A stretch of 64,000 nucleotides of DNA from Chloroflexota bacterium. GTDB taxonomy: Bacteria > Chloroflexota > Dehalococcoidia > SM23-28-2 > RBG-16-64-32. The stretch spans positions 2,807 to 66,806 of the forward strand of contig JAJCYV010000004.1 of the NCBI GenBank assembly GCA_029262695.1, given 5' to 3'. Below, in pieces: positions 38,544-48,032 of the stretch. The number at the start of each line of letters is the position of its first letter. Position 1 is the stretch's first letter. The position numbers and the translations under genes were made by a program. Below the pieces are notes generated by a model. The model had not been told where the DNA came from, did no database searches, and was given only the letters and a program-made list of their open reading frames with translations.

Positions 38544-39584
38544 ATGGTCAAAATCGGAATCATAAACGTGACGGGGTACGCCGGCGCCGAACTGGCGCGC
38601 CTGCTGTACAACCATCCCGAGGCGGAGGTCGCCTCCGTCACCGGCCGCAGCGAGGCCGGCAAGAAGCTCGCCGAAGTCTTCCCGCACCTCGCGTCTTACG
38701 ATCTCACGATCGAGCCGGAACTCGCGTCGGGCGTCGACTTCGCTTTCTCGGCGCTGCCGCACGCCGCCAGCGCCGAGGCCTGCGCGCCGCTCGTCCGCGC
38801 CGGCGTGCCGGTCGTCGATATCAGCGCCGACTTCCGGCTCCACGACGCCGCCGTCTACAGCGAGTGGTACGGCGGCGAGCACCCGGCGCAGGACCTGCTC
38901 CCGGACGCCGCCTACGGCCTGCCGGAGCTCCACCGCGAGGCGATCAGCGGCGCGAAGCTCGTCGCCAACCCGGGCTGCTACCCCGAGAGCGCGATCCTGG
39001 CGCTGGCGCCAGCCGTCAAAGCCGGCATCATCGGCCCGGAGATCATCATCGACTCCAAGTCGGGTGTCTCCGGCGCCGGCCGCGGCCTGAAGCAAAATCT
39101 ACAGTTAGGCGAGGCCGGAGAGAGCGTCTCGGCGTACGGCCTCGATGGTCACCGCCACTGGCCGGAGATCCACCAGGAGATAACGGCGATCTGGCCGGAG
39201 GGGACGGCGCCGAAGATCACGTTCACGCCTCACCTGATCCCGATGACGCGCGGCATTCTGACCACGGCCTACGCGCCGATCGTTCCCGGCGCTCTGCCGG
39301 AGGGGGACGCCGGCAAGTCCGCCGCGCGCGACATCTACGACCAGTTCTACAACGACGAGCCGTTCGTACGCGTTGCCGGTTCGCCGCCGGCGACGAAGCA
39401 GACGCGCGGCAGCAACATGTGCCTCGTCTTCCCGACGGTCGACGTCCGAACCGGCCGTCTCGTCGTCGTGAGCGTCCTCGACAACCTGGTCAAGGGTGCG
39501 GCGGGACAGGCCGTACAGAACATGAACCTGATGCTGGGCATGCCGGAGACGACAGCGCTCGACATGCCCGCGGTATACCCGTAA
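38544..39584 (+). CDS. argC: N-acetyl-gamma-glutamyl-phosphate reductase
   Basis: TGYAGAEL, DISADFR, ANPGCY, SGVSGAG, DNLVKGAAGQAVQN. Confidence 0.95.
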   Translation: MVKIGIINVTGYAGAELARLLYNHPEAEVASVTGRSEAGKKLAEVFPHLASYDLTIEPELASGVDFAFSALPHAASAEACAPLVRAGVPVVDISADFRLHDAAVYSEWYGGEHPAQDLLPDAAYGLPELHREAISGAKLVANPGCYPESAILALAPAVKAGIIGPEIIIDSKSGVSGAGRGLKQNLQLGEAGESVSAYGLDGHRHWPEIHQEITAIWPEGTAPKITFTPHLIPMTRGILTTAYAPIVPGALPEGDAGKSAARDIYDQFYNDEPFVRVAGSPPATKQTRGSNMCLVFPTVDVRTGRLVVVSVLDNLVKGAAGQAVQNMNLMLGMPETTALDMPAVYP

Positions 39585-39607
39585 TGGGCCCCGAGATGGA
39601 GGAAGAA

Positions 39608-40843
39608 ATGGTTACAGCCAACGCACAAGCAACGAAGATCGAGATCATCGGAGACGGCGGCGTCACGTCGCCGCAGGGCTTCACGGCCGGCGGCGTGCAC
39701 GTCGGCGTCCGCAGCGACTGGACGAAGGTGGACGTCGGCCTCGTCTATTCGGAGGCGCCGTGCACCACGGCCGCCGTCTACACGAGCAACACGCTGAAGG
39801 CGGCGCCGCTGCTCATCACGCGGGAACACCTGAACAACGGCGGCGCGCAGGCGATAGTAGCCAACTCCGGCTGCGCCAACGCCGCTACCGGTGCGAAGGG
39901 CGCCGAAAACGCCGTCACGATGGCGAAGCTCGCCGCCGACAAGCTCGGGGTCGAGCCGGCCGACGTTGTCGTCGCCTCTACAGGCGTCATCGGCACGCAA
40001 CTGCCGATGGACCGCATCGCAAAGGGCGTCGCGGAGACGAAGCTGACCGGCGATGGCGGCGGCGACTTCGCGGTGTCGATCATGACGACCGATACCGTCA
40101 AGAAGCAGATCGCCGTCAAGTTCGGCGGCTGGACACTCGGTGCGGCCTGCAAGGGCGTCGGTATGATCCACCCGAACATGGCGACGATGCTCTGCTTCAT
40201 GTCGACCGACGCGCCCGTCGAGGGGGCGTTCCTTTCGTCGGCTCTGAAGGAGGCGGTGGACGTCTCGTTCAACATGGTCGATATCGACAACGACACGAGC
40301 ACGAACGACATGGCGATCGTCCTCGCCAACGGCCTCGCGGGAGGCGATCCGATCACCGGTGGGCACCCCGACGCGGAGGCGTTCCAGAAGGCCCTGACGC
40401 TCGTCTGCACGAGCATGGCGCGGATGATGGTGAGCGACGCCGAGGGTGGCACGAAGCTGATCGAGACGAAGGTGGAAGGCGCCGCCAGCCCCGCCGACGC
40501 CCGCAAGGCGGCCCGCGAAGTCGTGACGTCGATCGGCGTCAAGACCGCGATCTACGGCGAGGACGCCAACTGGGGCCGCATCCTGGCGGCGATCGGTAAC
40601 AGCGGCGCCGCCTGGTCCGAACCGGCGACGGCGCTCTACCTGGCCCACCCGGACGGCGGCGAGGTCTGCCTCTACCGCGAAGGCGCGCCCCAGGACTACG
40701 ACGTGACTGTGGCCAAGGCCTGCCTCGCGCCGGCCGAGGTGCTGGTGCGGATCGAGTTGGGTCAGGGCGCGGGCGAGGCCACTGCCTGGGGCTCCGACCT
40801 CACCGAGGAGTTCGTGCGACTCAACAGCGAGTACACGACGTAG
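39608..40843 (+). CDS. argJ: Ornithine acetyltransferase/N-acetylglutamate synthase
   Basis: NSGCANAATG, ASTGVIG, MTTDT, KGVGMIHPNMATML, DTSTND, DAEGGTK; start 39584 or 39608. Confidence 0.95.
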   Translation: MVTANAQATKIEIIGDGGVTSPQGFTAGGVHVGVRSDWTKVDVGLVYSEAPCTTAAVYTSNTLKAAPLLITREHLNNGGAQAIVANSGCANAATGAKGAENAVTMAKLAADKLGVEPADVVVASTGVIGTQLPMDRIAKGVAETKLTGDGGGDFAVSIMTTDTVKKQIAVKFGGWTLGAACKGVGMIHPNMATMLCFMSTDAPVEGAFLSSALKEAVDVSFNMVDIDNDTSTNDMAIVLANGLAGGDPITGGHPDAEAFQKALTLVCTSMARMMVSDAEGGTKLIETKVEGAASPADARKAAREVVTSIGVKTAIYGEDANWGRILAAIGNSGAAWSEPATALYLAHPDGGEVCLYREGAPQDYDVTVAKACLAPAEVLVRIELGQGAGEATAWGSDLTEEFVRLNSEYTT

Positions 40844-40860
40844 CTGGTAGCCGGGGGGGC

Positions 40861-40886
40861 GTAGCTGCATGCCTTCAGGCTTGCCG
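40861..40886. repeat. Degenerate GTAG-tagged REP between argJ and argB
   Basis: GTAG-CTGCATGCC-TTCA-GGCTTGCCG. Confidence 0.45.
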
Positions 40887-40943
40887 GGGCGGGGTGGCAC
40901 GAAGAACGAACAAAGGACTAGAGGTTAGGAGACTAGGAGAAGG

Positions 40944-41723
40944 ATGACCGACATCATCGTCGCCAAGATCGGCGGCTCGACGCTGGGGGGCCACGACACG
41001 ACGCTCGACGACGTGGCGGAGCTGGCACGCCGTGGCGCGCGGCCTGTGATCGTCCACGGCGGCGGAGCGCTGATCAGCGACTGGCTGAAGCGCCTCGGCG
41101 TGCCGACGACGTTCGAGAAGGGGCTGCGCGTCACCGACGCCGCCTCGCTGGATGTGGTCGTCGGCGTGCTCTGCGGACTCGTGAACAAGGGGCTCGTCGC
41201 GGCGCTCCAGGGCCGCGGTGCCTCCGCGCACGGACTATCCGGCGCGGACGGCGGCCTCCTGCAGGCGGCCGTCCGCGATCCGGCGCTGGGCTTCGTCGGC
41301 GAGATAACAGCGGTCGATCCGACGGCCGTCCTGCGGATCATCGAGGGCGGCGCCGTGCCGGTGATCGCGCCCGTCGGCATCGAATACAGGGACGGCCGAG
41401 CGACCGGCCAGCTCCTCAACATCAACGCCGACACAGCGGCCGGTGCGATCGCCGCGGCCATCGGCGCCGGCGCGCTGGCGTTCCTCACCGACGTCCCCGG
41501 CGTCAAGTCCGGCGGGCGTGTCCTGGAGGCGCTCTCGGCGGCGGAGGCGCACGAGCTGACGGGCGCGGGCGTCATCGAAGGCGGTATGATTCCAAAGGTC
41601 GAAGCCTGCCTGCAGGTCGCGGCCGCCGGCAGCCGCGCGGTCATCGTCGATGGCCGCGAAGAGCACGCGCTCATCAGCGTCGCTGAAGGCGCGCAGGCCG
41701 GGACAAGCGTAGGCCAGGAGTGA
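40944..41723 (+). CDS. argB: Acetylglutamate kinase
   Basis: KIGGS, VHGGG, GLRVTD, NINADTAA, LTDVPGV, GMIPKV. Confidence 0.95.
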   Translation: MTDIIVAKIGGSTLGGHDTTLDDVAELARRGARPVIVHGGGALISDWLKRLGVPTTFEKGLRVTDAASLDVVVGVLCGLVNKGLVAALQGRGASAHGLSGADGGLLQAAVRDPALGFVGEITAVDPTAVLRIIEGGAVPVIAPVGIEYRDGRATGQLLNINADTAAGAIAAAIGAGALAFLTDVPGVKSGGRVLEALSAAEAHELTGAGVIEGGMIPKVEACLQVAAAGSRAVIVDGREEHALISVAEGAQAGTSVGQE

Positions 41724-42925
41724 ACATGCAGACGGAAAACTGGATCGAGATCGAGCACGACTACTACCTGCAGACGGCGAAACGGCTGCCGGTGGTGCTC
41801 GAGCGCGGCGAAGGCACCATCGTCTGGGACAGCGACGGCAAGCAGTACCTCGACTTCGTCGGCGGCATCGCCGTCACCAGCCTCGGCCACGCCAACCCCG
41901 TGATCGTCGAGGCTCTGACGCGGCAGGCGCAGAAGCTCATCACAGTGTCGAACCTCTACTACACCGTGCCTCAGCTCAAGCTGGCGCAGCTGCTGTGCGA
42001 GAGCAGCGGCATGGACAAGGCGTTCTTCTGCAACAGCGGCGCCGAGGCCGTCGAGGGGCTGATAAAGCTCGCCCGCAAGTGGGGCAAGGAGAAGCGCGAC
42101 GGCGCCTACGAGATCATCGTCGCCGAAAACGCCTTTCACGGCCGCACCCTGGCGACGGTCGCCGCCTCCGCCAACGAGCGCTACCGCGCGCCGTTCACGC
42201 CGCTGCCGGAGGGCTTCGTCCGCGTCCCCTATAACGACGCCGAGGCGATCAAGGCCGCGACGACCGGCAAGACCGTCGCCGTGCTCCTGGAGCCGTTGCA
42301 GGGTGAGGGCGGCGTCAACGTCCCGGACGACGGCTACCTGACCGCCGTTCGTAGCTGGTGCGACGAGGCCGGCATCCTGCTCCTCCTCGACGAGGTGCAG
42401 ACCGGCGCCGGCCGCACGGGCAAGCTGTTCTGCTTCCAGCACTACGGTATCGAGCCCGACGCGCTGGCGGTGGCCAAGGCGCTCGCCGGCGGCGTGCCGA
42501 TCGGCGCCTTCATGACGAAGGACAGCGCTGCGCTCCTGGGCCCCGGCGAACACGGCACGACGTTCGGCGGCAACGCCCTGGCCTGCGAGGTCGGCTACTC
42601 CGTGCTCAAGCACATGATCGACAACGACTTGCCGGCGCAGGTGACGAAGCGCGGCCAGCACCTGGAGCGCCGCCTCAGCTCGCTCGCCGACCGCCAGCCG
42701 ATGGTCACGGAGGTGCGCGGGAAGGGCCTGATCTGGGCGATCGAACTGGACCGCCCGGCCGCGGAGGCCGCCGTCGGGCGTTGCCTGGAGGAAGGGCTCC
42801 TCATCAACGGCGTCAAGCCGACGGCGCTGCGCTTCGTGCCGCCGTTCACCGTGAGCGAAGAAGAACTGGACCGCGCCGTCAACATCGTCGAGCGTGTGCT
42901 GGGCGAGATATCCGAGGAGAAGTAA
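41720..42925 (+). CDS. argD: Acetylornithine aminotransferase
   Basis: FFCNSGAEA, FHGRT, EPLQGEGG, DEVQTG, AKALAGG. Confidence 0.92.
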   Translation: MNMQTENWIEIEHDYYLQTAKRLPVVLERGEGTIVWDSDGKQYLDFVGGIAVTSLGHANPVIVEALTRQAQKLITVSNLYYTVPQLKLAQLLCESSGMDKAFFCNSGAEAVEGLIKLARKWGKEKRDGAYEIIVAENAFHGRTLATVAASANERYRAPFTPLPEGFVRVPYNDAEAIKAATTGKTVAVLLEPLQGEGGVNVPDDGYLTAVRSWCDEAGILLLLDEVQTGAGRTGKLFCFQHYGIEPDALAVAKALAGGVPIGAFMTKDSAALLGPGEHGTTFGGNALACEVGYSVLKHMIDNDLPAQVTKRGQHLERRLSSLADRQPMVTEVRGKGLIWAIELDRPAAEAAVGRCLEEGLLINGVKPTALRFVPPFTVSEEELDRAVNIVERVLGEISEEK

Positions 42926-44124
42926 TGGCTGAGAAGATCGTACTGGCGTACTCCGGCGGGCTCGACACGGCCGTTGCCATACGCTGGCTCAAGGAAGAAA
43001 AGGGATACGACGTCGTCGCGCTGACCGTCGACGTGGGCATGGACCGCCAGCGCGAGGAGTTGCAATCTCGGGCGATGGCCGCCGGCGCTGCGAGCTTCGA
43101 ATGGAGCGACGTGCAGGACGACTTCGTGCGGCACTTCGTCTTCCCGGCGGTGATGGCCGGCGCAAAGTACCAGGGCGTCTACCCGCTGGCCACCGCTCTC
43201 TCGCGGCCGCTGATCGCGCGTGAGATGGTCGAAGTCGCCCGCCGCGAGGGCGCAACCGCCGTCGCGCACGGCTGCACGGCCAAGGGCAACGACCAGGTGC
43301 GCCTCGACGTCTCCGTGCAGGCGCTGGCACCCGACCTGACGATCGTCGCGCCGCTCCGCGAGTGGGACATGGTCCGCGAGACTCAGATCGACTACGCCCA
43401 CGAGCACAACATCCCGATCAACGTCACCAAGAAGAGCCCTTACAGCATCGACGAAAACCTCTACGGCCGCAGCATAGAGGCCGGCTCCCTCGAAGACCCC
43501 TGGACGGAGCCGCCGGACGACGTCTGGCTCTGGACGAAGTCGCCCGCGGACGCCCCGGACGAAGCGGCTTACGTGGAGATCGGCTTCGAGCAGGGCGTCC
43601 CGACGACTCTCGGTGGCGAGGCGACGGATCCCGTCGGGCTGATCAACGCGCTCAGCGCGATCGCCGGTGAGCACGGCGTCGGGCGCATCGATACAGTCGA
43701 GGACCGCCTCGTCGGCATCAAGTCACGCGAGGTCTACGAAGCGCCCGCCGGCGTCACGCTGCTCGTCGCCCACGAGGCGATCGAGTCGCTTGCTCTGTCG
43801 AAGGAGCAACGGCGCTTCAAGGCGCAGGTCGCACAGGAGTACGCGGACCTCGTCTACAACGGGCTCTGGTACGGGACGCACCACCAGGACCTGCAAGCCT
43901 ACATCCGGAGCACACAGCGTCACGTCAGCGGCACGGCACGCCTCAAGCTACACAAGGGCGCCGTCACCGTCGTTGGGCGCAGGTCGCCGCGGAGCCTGTA
44001 CGACTTCGAACTGGCCACGTACGACAAGGCCGACCAGTTCGACCGCACAGCCGCCGTCGGCTTCATTGACATCTGGGGCCTGCCCGTAAAGGTGCAGTCG
44101 CAGGCGCAGCGCTCCGACGAATAG
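42925..44124 (+). CDS. argG: Argininosuccinate synthase
   Basis: LAYSGGLDT, HGCTAKGNDQVR, YSIDENLYGRSIE, GIKSREVYEAP. Confidence 0.96.
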   Translation: MAEKIVLAYSGGLDTAVAIRWLKEEKGYDVVALTVDVGMDRQREELQSRAMAAGAASFEWSDVQDDFVRHFVFPAVMAGAKYQGVYPLATALSRPLIAREMVEVARREGATAVAHGCTAKGNDQVRLDVSVQALAPDLTIVAPLREWDMVRETQIDYAHEHNIPINVTKKSPYSIDENLYGRSIEAGSLEDPWTEPPDDVWLWTKSPADAPDEAAYVEIGFEQGVPTTLGGEATDPVGLINALSAIAGEHGVGRIDTVEDRLVGIKSREVYEAPAGVTLLVAHEAIESLALSKEQRRFKAQVAQEYADLVYNGLWYGTHHQDLQAYIRSTQRHVSGTARLKLHKGAVTVVGRRSPRSLYDFELATYDKADQFDRTAAVGFIDIWGLPVKVQSQAQRSDE

Positions 44125-44170
44125 CGTCCGTGGTATAATTCCTCCGGATATATACGGAGGTTTTCCAGCG

Positions 44171-44449
44171 ATGGCCAAAGACAAGCGAGTAGAGGTGCTA
44201 TTCGAGTCGCAGCAGTACAAGCGGCTGGAGGAGGTCGCCCAGCGCGAGGGCAAGGCCGTCGGCGCATTAATCCGCGAGGCGGTAGCGAAGTACGTCGTGG
44301 CGCCGTCGGAGGAGGAGCGGGAGCGCGCGTGGGAGCACTTTTTCTCGCTGGTGGGGAAGGGCGGCCCGTCTGGTTCGCCGGAGGAGATCAAGGAAGAGAT
44401 CTTGAAGGGCTACGACGAGGACGACGCGCGGCTGTATGAAGCTGATTGA
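44171..44449 (+). CDS. RHH/CopG-type antitoxin (VapB)
   Basis: KRVEVLF...VGALIREAV; extended -10 TGGTATAAT at 44131; GGAGG RBS. Confidence 0.8.
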   Translation: MAKDKRVEVLFESQQYKRLEEVAQREGKAVGALIREAVAKYVVAPSEEERERAWEHFFSLVGKGGPSGSPEEIKEEILKGYDEDDARLYEAD

Positions 44450-44849
44450 CACCAACATTTTCGTCTACTCGCTCGGGTCAGAACATCCCTACCGCGAGCC
44501 GTCGCTGGCAACTCTCAAGCGGATCCGCGAGGGCGAAATCGACGCCAACATCAGCACGGAGATACTGCAGGAGTTGCTTCACGTCTATCGCCGGCGGAAT
44601 CAGTTGCAGCTTGGGGTCGAGCTCTTCGACGACCTGGTTGGTCAGTTTCCGCAGCCGGTTCCAATCGTGGCGGCAACGGCGATCATAGCGAGGGACGTTC
44701 TGGAGCGGTATCCTTCTCTCCAGGCCCGCGATGCCTTCCACGCGGCGGTCGTCTTCGAGCACAACCTCGAAGGCATTATCTCCGCCGATCGAGCCTTCGA
44801 TCGTATCGAAGGCCTGAGGCGTTTCGATCCGAAGGAGCTTGTAGCATGA
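44436..44849 (+). CDS. vapC: VapC PIN-domain toxin
   Basis: LIDTNIFVY, QELL, ARDAFHAA, SADRAFD. Confidence 0.9.
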   Translation: MKLIDTNIFVYSLGSEHPYREPSLATLKRIREGEIDANISTEILQELLHVYRRRNQLQLGVELFDDLVGQFPQPVPIVAATAIIARDVLERYPSLQARDAFHAAVVFEHNLEGIISADRAFDRIEGLRRFDPKELVA

Positions 44850-45310
44850 GCGGCGAAGTCCTGCACATCCACATCGCGCCCACCGCCGAAGCGACCCCCA
44901 TGCGTGTGAACTCGGTCCGCGCCGAACCCGGCCGCGGCCTCGAAGGCGATCGTTACTACGCGCGCGCCGGCACGTACTCCGAGAAGGGCGGCCCCGGCCG
45001 CGAGGTCACCCTGGTCGCCAGCGAAGCGATCGAGGCGCTGGAGGCTGAGTTCGGCGTCAAGCTGGCGCCGGGCCAGTCGCGACGTAACATCACGACGCTC
45101 GGCATCGACCTGAACGACTTCGTGGACAGGGAGTTCCGCGTGGGCGGGGTCGTGCTGCGCGGCGTGAGGCTGTGCGATCCGTGCGACCACCTCGAGGGCC
45201 TCGTCGGGCAGGCGAACACGACGTCCGGTCTCGAGAACCGGGGTGGTCTCCGCTGCGACATCGTCTCCGGCGGCACCATTCGCGTCGGCGACGAAATCAC
45301 GCCGGTCTGA
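44846..45310 (+). CDS. MOSC-domain protein
   Basis: GLEGDRY, REVTL, RRNITT, CDPCDHL, IRVGD. Confidence 0.85.
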   Translation: MSGEVLHIHIAPTAEATPMRVNSVRAEPGRGLEGDRYYARAGTYSEKGGPGREVTLVASEAIEALEAEFGVKLAPGQSRRNITTLGIDLNDFVDREFRVGGVVLRGVRLCDPCDHLEGLVGQANTTSGLENRGGLRCDIVSGGTIRVGDEITPV

Positions 45311-45330
45311 GGTACCCGCGTAGCTTCGTC

Positions 45331-46194
45331 TTGCGTTCCAACCGTCGGAGATCCGAACTGCCACGCGTTCTCGCCGCCGTGCTCCTCCTCCTGGCTGCGC
45401 TCGCCGCCGCCTGCAGCGATGACGGCGGCGACGGCATGCCGCCCTCTGACATATCCTCAGCGGCCGCCGCGCCTTCGCCGACGGGCACGCTCACTCCGCC
45501 GCCCACGCTGACACCGTCGACCGCTCCAACGCCGACTGAGCCGGTGCTCACAGAGACGCCAGTGGGCGGCCCGGCGCAGGTCATCCGCTACGGCGACACT
45601 TCACGCAAGGTCGTCGCCTTCACCTTCGACGCGGGCTCCGACGCTGGCTATACGGCGATGATCCTCGACACGCTCAGCGCCAATGGCGTCCGCGTCAGCT
45701 TCGGGATGACGGGCAAGTGGGCCGAGACGTACCCCGGCCTGCTTGAGCGCATCGTCAGCGAGGGCCACACGCTGATCAACCACACCGACGGCCACAAGTC
45801 GTTCACGGGCAACTCCACCGGGACCGACGGCCTTTCCGAGGCCGCGCGCCGGGACGAGCTGAACCGCACCGAGCAGATCGTCAACGACCTGACCGGCGCC
45901 ACGACAAGGCCTTACTTTCGCCCGCCGTACGGCGACTTCGACGAGTCGGTCAACGTTGATATCGGCGCTCTGGGATACACCTACAACGTCATGTGGGCAG
46001 TCGACTCCCGTGGGTGGACCGGGATTCCCGCAGCCCAGATCGCGCAGCGCTGCATCGACCTCGCTGAGCCGGGCGCCATCTATGTGTTCCACGTCGGGTT
46101 GGCGTCCGAGGACGGCCCGGCCCTCCAGTCCATCATCGACGGCCTCCGCGCTCAGGCTTACGAGATCACCGACCTCCCCGGAGTGTTGGAGTAA
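45331..46194 (+). CDS. Polysaccharide deacetylase (NodB/CE4) lipoprotein; start uncertain
   Basis: Lipobox AAAC, Pro/Thr linker, FTFDAG, NHTDGH, FRPPYG, DSRGW, VFH. Confidence 0.8.
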   Translation: MRSNRRRSELPRVLAAVLLLLAALAAACSDDGGDGMPPSDISSAAAAPSPTGTLTPPPTLTPSTAPTPTEPVLTETPVGGPAQVIRYGDTSRKVVAFTFDAGSDAGYTAMILDTLSANGVRVSFGMTGKWAETYPGLLERIVSEGHTLINHTDGHKSFTGNSTGTDGLSEAARRDELNRTEQIVNDLTGATTRPYFRPPYGDFDESVNVDIGALGYTYNVMWAVDSRGWTGIPAAQIAQRCIDLAEPGAIYVFHVGLASEDGPALQSIIDGLRAQAYEITDLPGVLE

Positions 46195-46221
46195 GCCGGG
46201 CGAACCGTTTACATTGGGGAC

Positions 46222-47004
46222 GTGGCCCCCATCACGACCGTCCTCTTCGACCTCGGACACACGCTCTGGCACCTGCCGGACATGCCGCCGCCGCGCGCCA
46301 TCCGCGGCGAGACGATGCGCCGCCTGGAGGCGCTGATCACCGGCTGGGGCTTCGAGATGAGCGGCGAGCGCCTGATGATTGGCCGCGACATCCGCCTCGC
46401 CGTCGAGGAGGAGACGCATCGCGCCTTCCACGGCGACTGCGTCGACCCCGGCTATCCGGAGCTCTGCCGCCGGATCGCGAAGGAGCACGACATGGAGCTG
46501 ACGCCGGAGCAGGGCGATGAGCTCTGGGAGGCCTGGAACCTGGGCGGCATCTTCCTCAACCGCCGGCTCTTCCCCGACGTCCTCGCGTCGCTGACCGCGC
46601 TGCGCGATCGCGGGTTCCGGCTCGCCAGCGTTACCAACCGCGGCTACAGCGGCCCCGACTTCTGGGAGGAGGTGCGGCAGCTCGGCCTCGAAGAACTCTT
46701 CGAGGCAGTCGTCGTCTCCTGCGACGTTGGCTACATGAAGCCGCACCCGCGCATCTACCAGGTCGCGATCGAGCGGCTCGGCGTCGAGGCGGCGGAGTGC
46801 TTGATGGTCGGCGACAACCTGCGCGCGGACGTCGAAGGGCCGAAGACGCTCGGCATGATGGCCGTCTGGCGCAGGCCACCCGCAGCCGAGCCGTCTGAGG
46901 CAACTGCGGACGAGGTCGAAACCGAAGGCCCGATCAAGCCCGACTACGCGATCGACCAGATCGCCGAACTGCTCGCTCTGCCGCCGCTACAGCCGCGCGC
47001 CTAG
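46222..47004 (+). CDS. HAD-family hydrolase
   Basis: LFDLGHTL, VTN, KPHPRIY, VGDNLRADVEG. Confidence 0.85.
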   Translation: MAPITTVLFDLGHTLWHLPDMPPPRAIRGETMRRLEALITGWGFEMSGERLMIGRDIRLAVEEETHRAFHGDCVDPGYPELCRRIAKEHDMELTPEQGDELWEAWNLGGIFLNRRLFPDVLASLTALRDRGFRLASVTNRGYSGPDFWEEVRQLGLEELFEAVVVSCDVGYMKPHPRIYQVAIERLGVEAAECLMVGDNLRADVEGPKTLGMMAVWRRPPAAEPSEATADEVETEGPIKPDYAIDQIAELLALPPLQPRA

Positions 47005-47981
47005 ACGTGTCCAAGCACCCTGTGCGGGACGTACGGCTGCTCCAACTGCCTCACCTCTTCGCCTGACAGGCTGACCTCGGAGGCTGCGATCGCCTCTTCG
47101 AGCTGGTACATCTTGCTCGCGCCGACGATCGGCGCCGTGATGCCGGGCTTGTGCAGCATCCAGGCCAGCGCCACCTGCGCCGGCTTCAGGCCGCGGCCCT
47201 CGGCCAGAGTCTGCACCTCTCTCAGCACCGCGAAGTCGGCCTCCGAGTAGTACATGTAGTGCGCCATGTCGTCGGTCTTCGCGCGTGCCGTATCGCCGCC
47301 CTTGTCCGGCGTGCGGTTGGCGGCCAGGAAGCCGCGCGCCAGAGGGCTCCAGGGGATGATGCCGACGCCCTGGTCAAGGCAGAGCGGGATCATCTCGCGC
47401 TCCTCCTCGCGGTAGATCAGGTTGTAGTGGTTCTGCATCGTCACGAAGCGCGCCCAGCCGCGACGGTCCGAGATGAAGAGCGCCTTTGCCATCTGCCAGG
47501 CGTACATGCTCGACGCGCCGATGTAGCGTACCTTCCCCATGCGCACCAGGTCGTTGAGCGCCTCCAGCGTCTCCTCGATCGGCGTCGTCGGGTCCCAGCG
47601 GTGGATCTGGTAGAGGTCCACGTAGTCCGTCTGCAGCCGCCGCAGCGAACCGTCGATCGAATCGAAGATGTGCTTGCGGGAGAGGCCGCGCTGGTTCGGG
47701 CCGCCGCCCATCGGGCTGAACACCTTCGTTGCGATCACCACGTCGTCGCGCTTCGCGTACTCCTTCAGAGCCCGCCCCGTGACCTCCTCGCTCACGCCCA
47801 GCGAGTAGACATCGGCCGTGTCGAAGAAGTTGATCCCGGCCTCCAGCGCCTTCTTGTAGAACGGCTTCGAGTCCGCTTCTTCCAGCACCCAGTCACGCCA
47901 CTTTGTCGAGCCGTAAGTCATCGTGCCGAGGCAGATGCGCGAGACGCGAAGGCCGGTTGTGCCGAGCTGGACGTATTGCAT
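47001..47981 (-). CDS. Aldo/keto reductase
   Basis: LGTMTYG, FDTADVY, IATK, DLYQIHRWD, PWSPLARG. Confidence 0.92.
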   Translation of the reverse strand: MQYVQLGTTGLRVSRICLGTMTYGSTKWRDWVLEEADSKPFYKKALEAGINFFDTADVYSLGVSEEVTGRALKEYAKRDDVVIATKVFSPMGGGPNQRGLSRKHIFDSIDGSLRRLQTDYVDLYQIHRWDPTTPIEETLEALNDLVRMGKVRYIGASSMYAWQMAKALFISDRRGWARFVTMQNHYNLIYREEEREMIPLCLDQGVGIIPWSPLARGFLAANRTPDKGGDTARAKTDDMAHYMYYSEADFAVLREVQTLAEGRGLKPAQVALAWMLHKPGITAPIVGASKMYQLEEAIAASEVSLSGEEVRQLEQPYVPHRVLGHV

Positions 47982-48032
47982 GGGGCGCTCCTGACGTTAG
48001 AGGCGAGTTACGCCCGTATAATGAATGGCACG

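Noticed and set aside
38510..39583. Apparent long N-terminal extensions of ArgJ, and similarly ArgG (42358), ArgH (47151), SelD (36489), DSD1 (63473) and HEPN (663)
   Set aside because: Extensions overlap other genes in another frame or strand and are low-complexity; better starts with RBS or coupling exist downstream.
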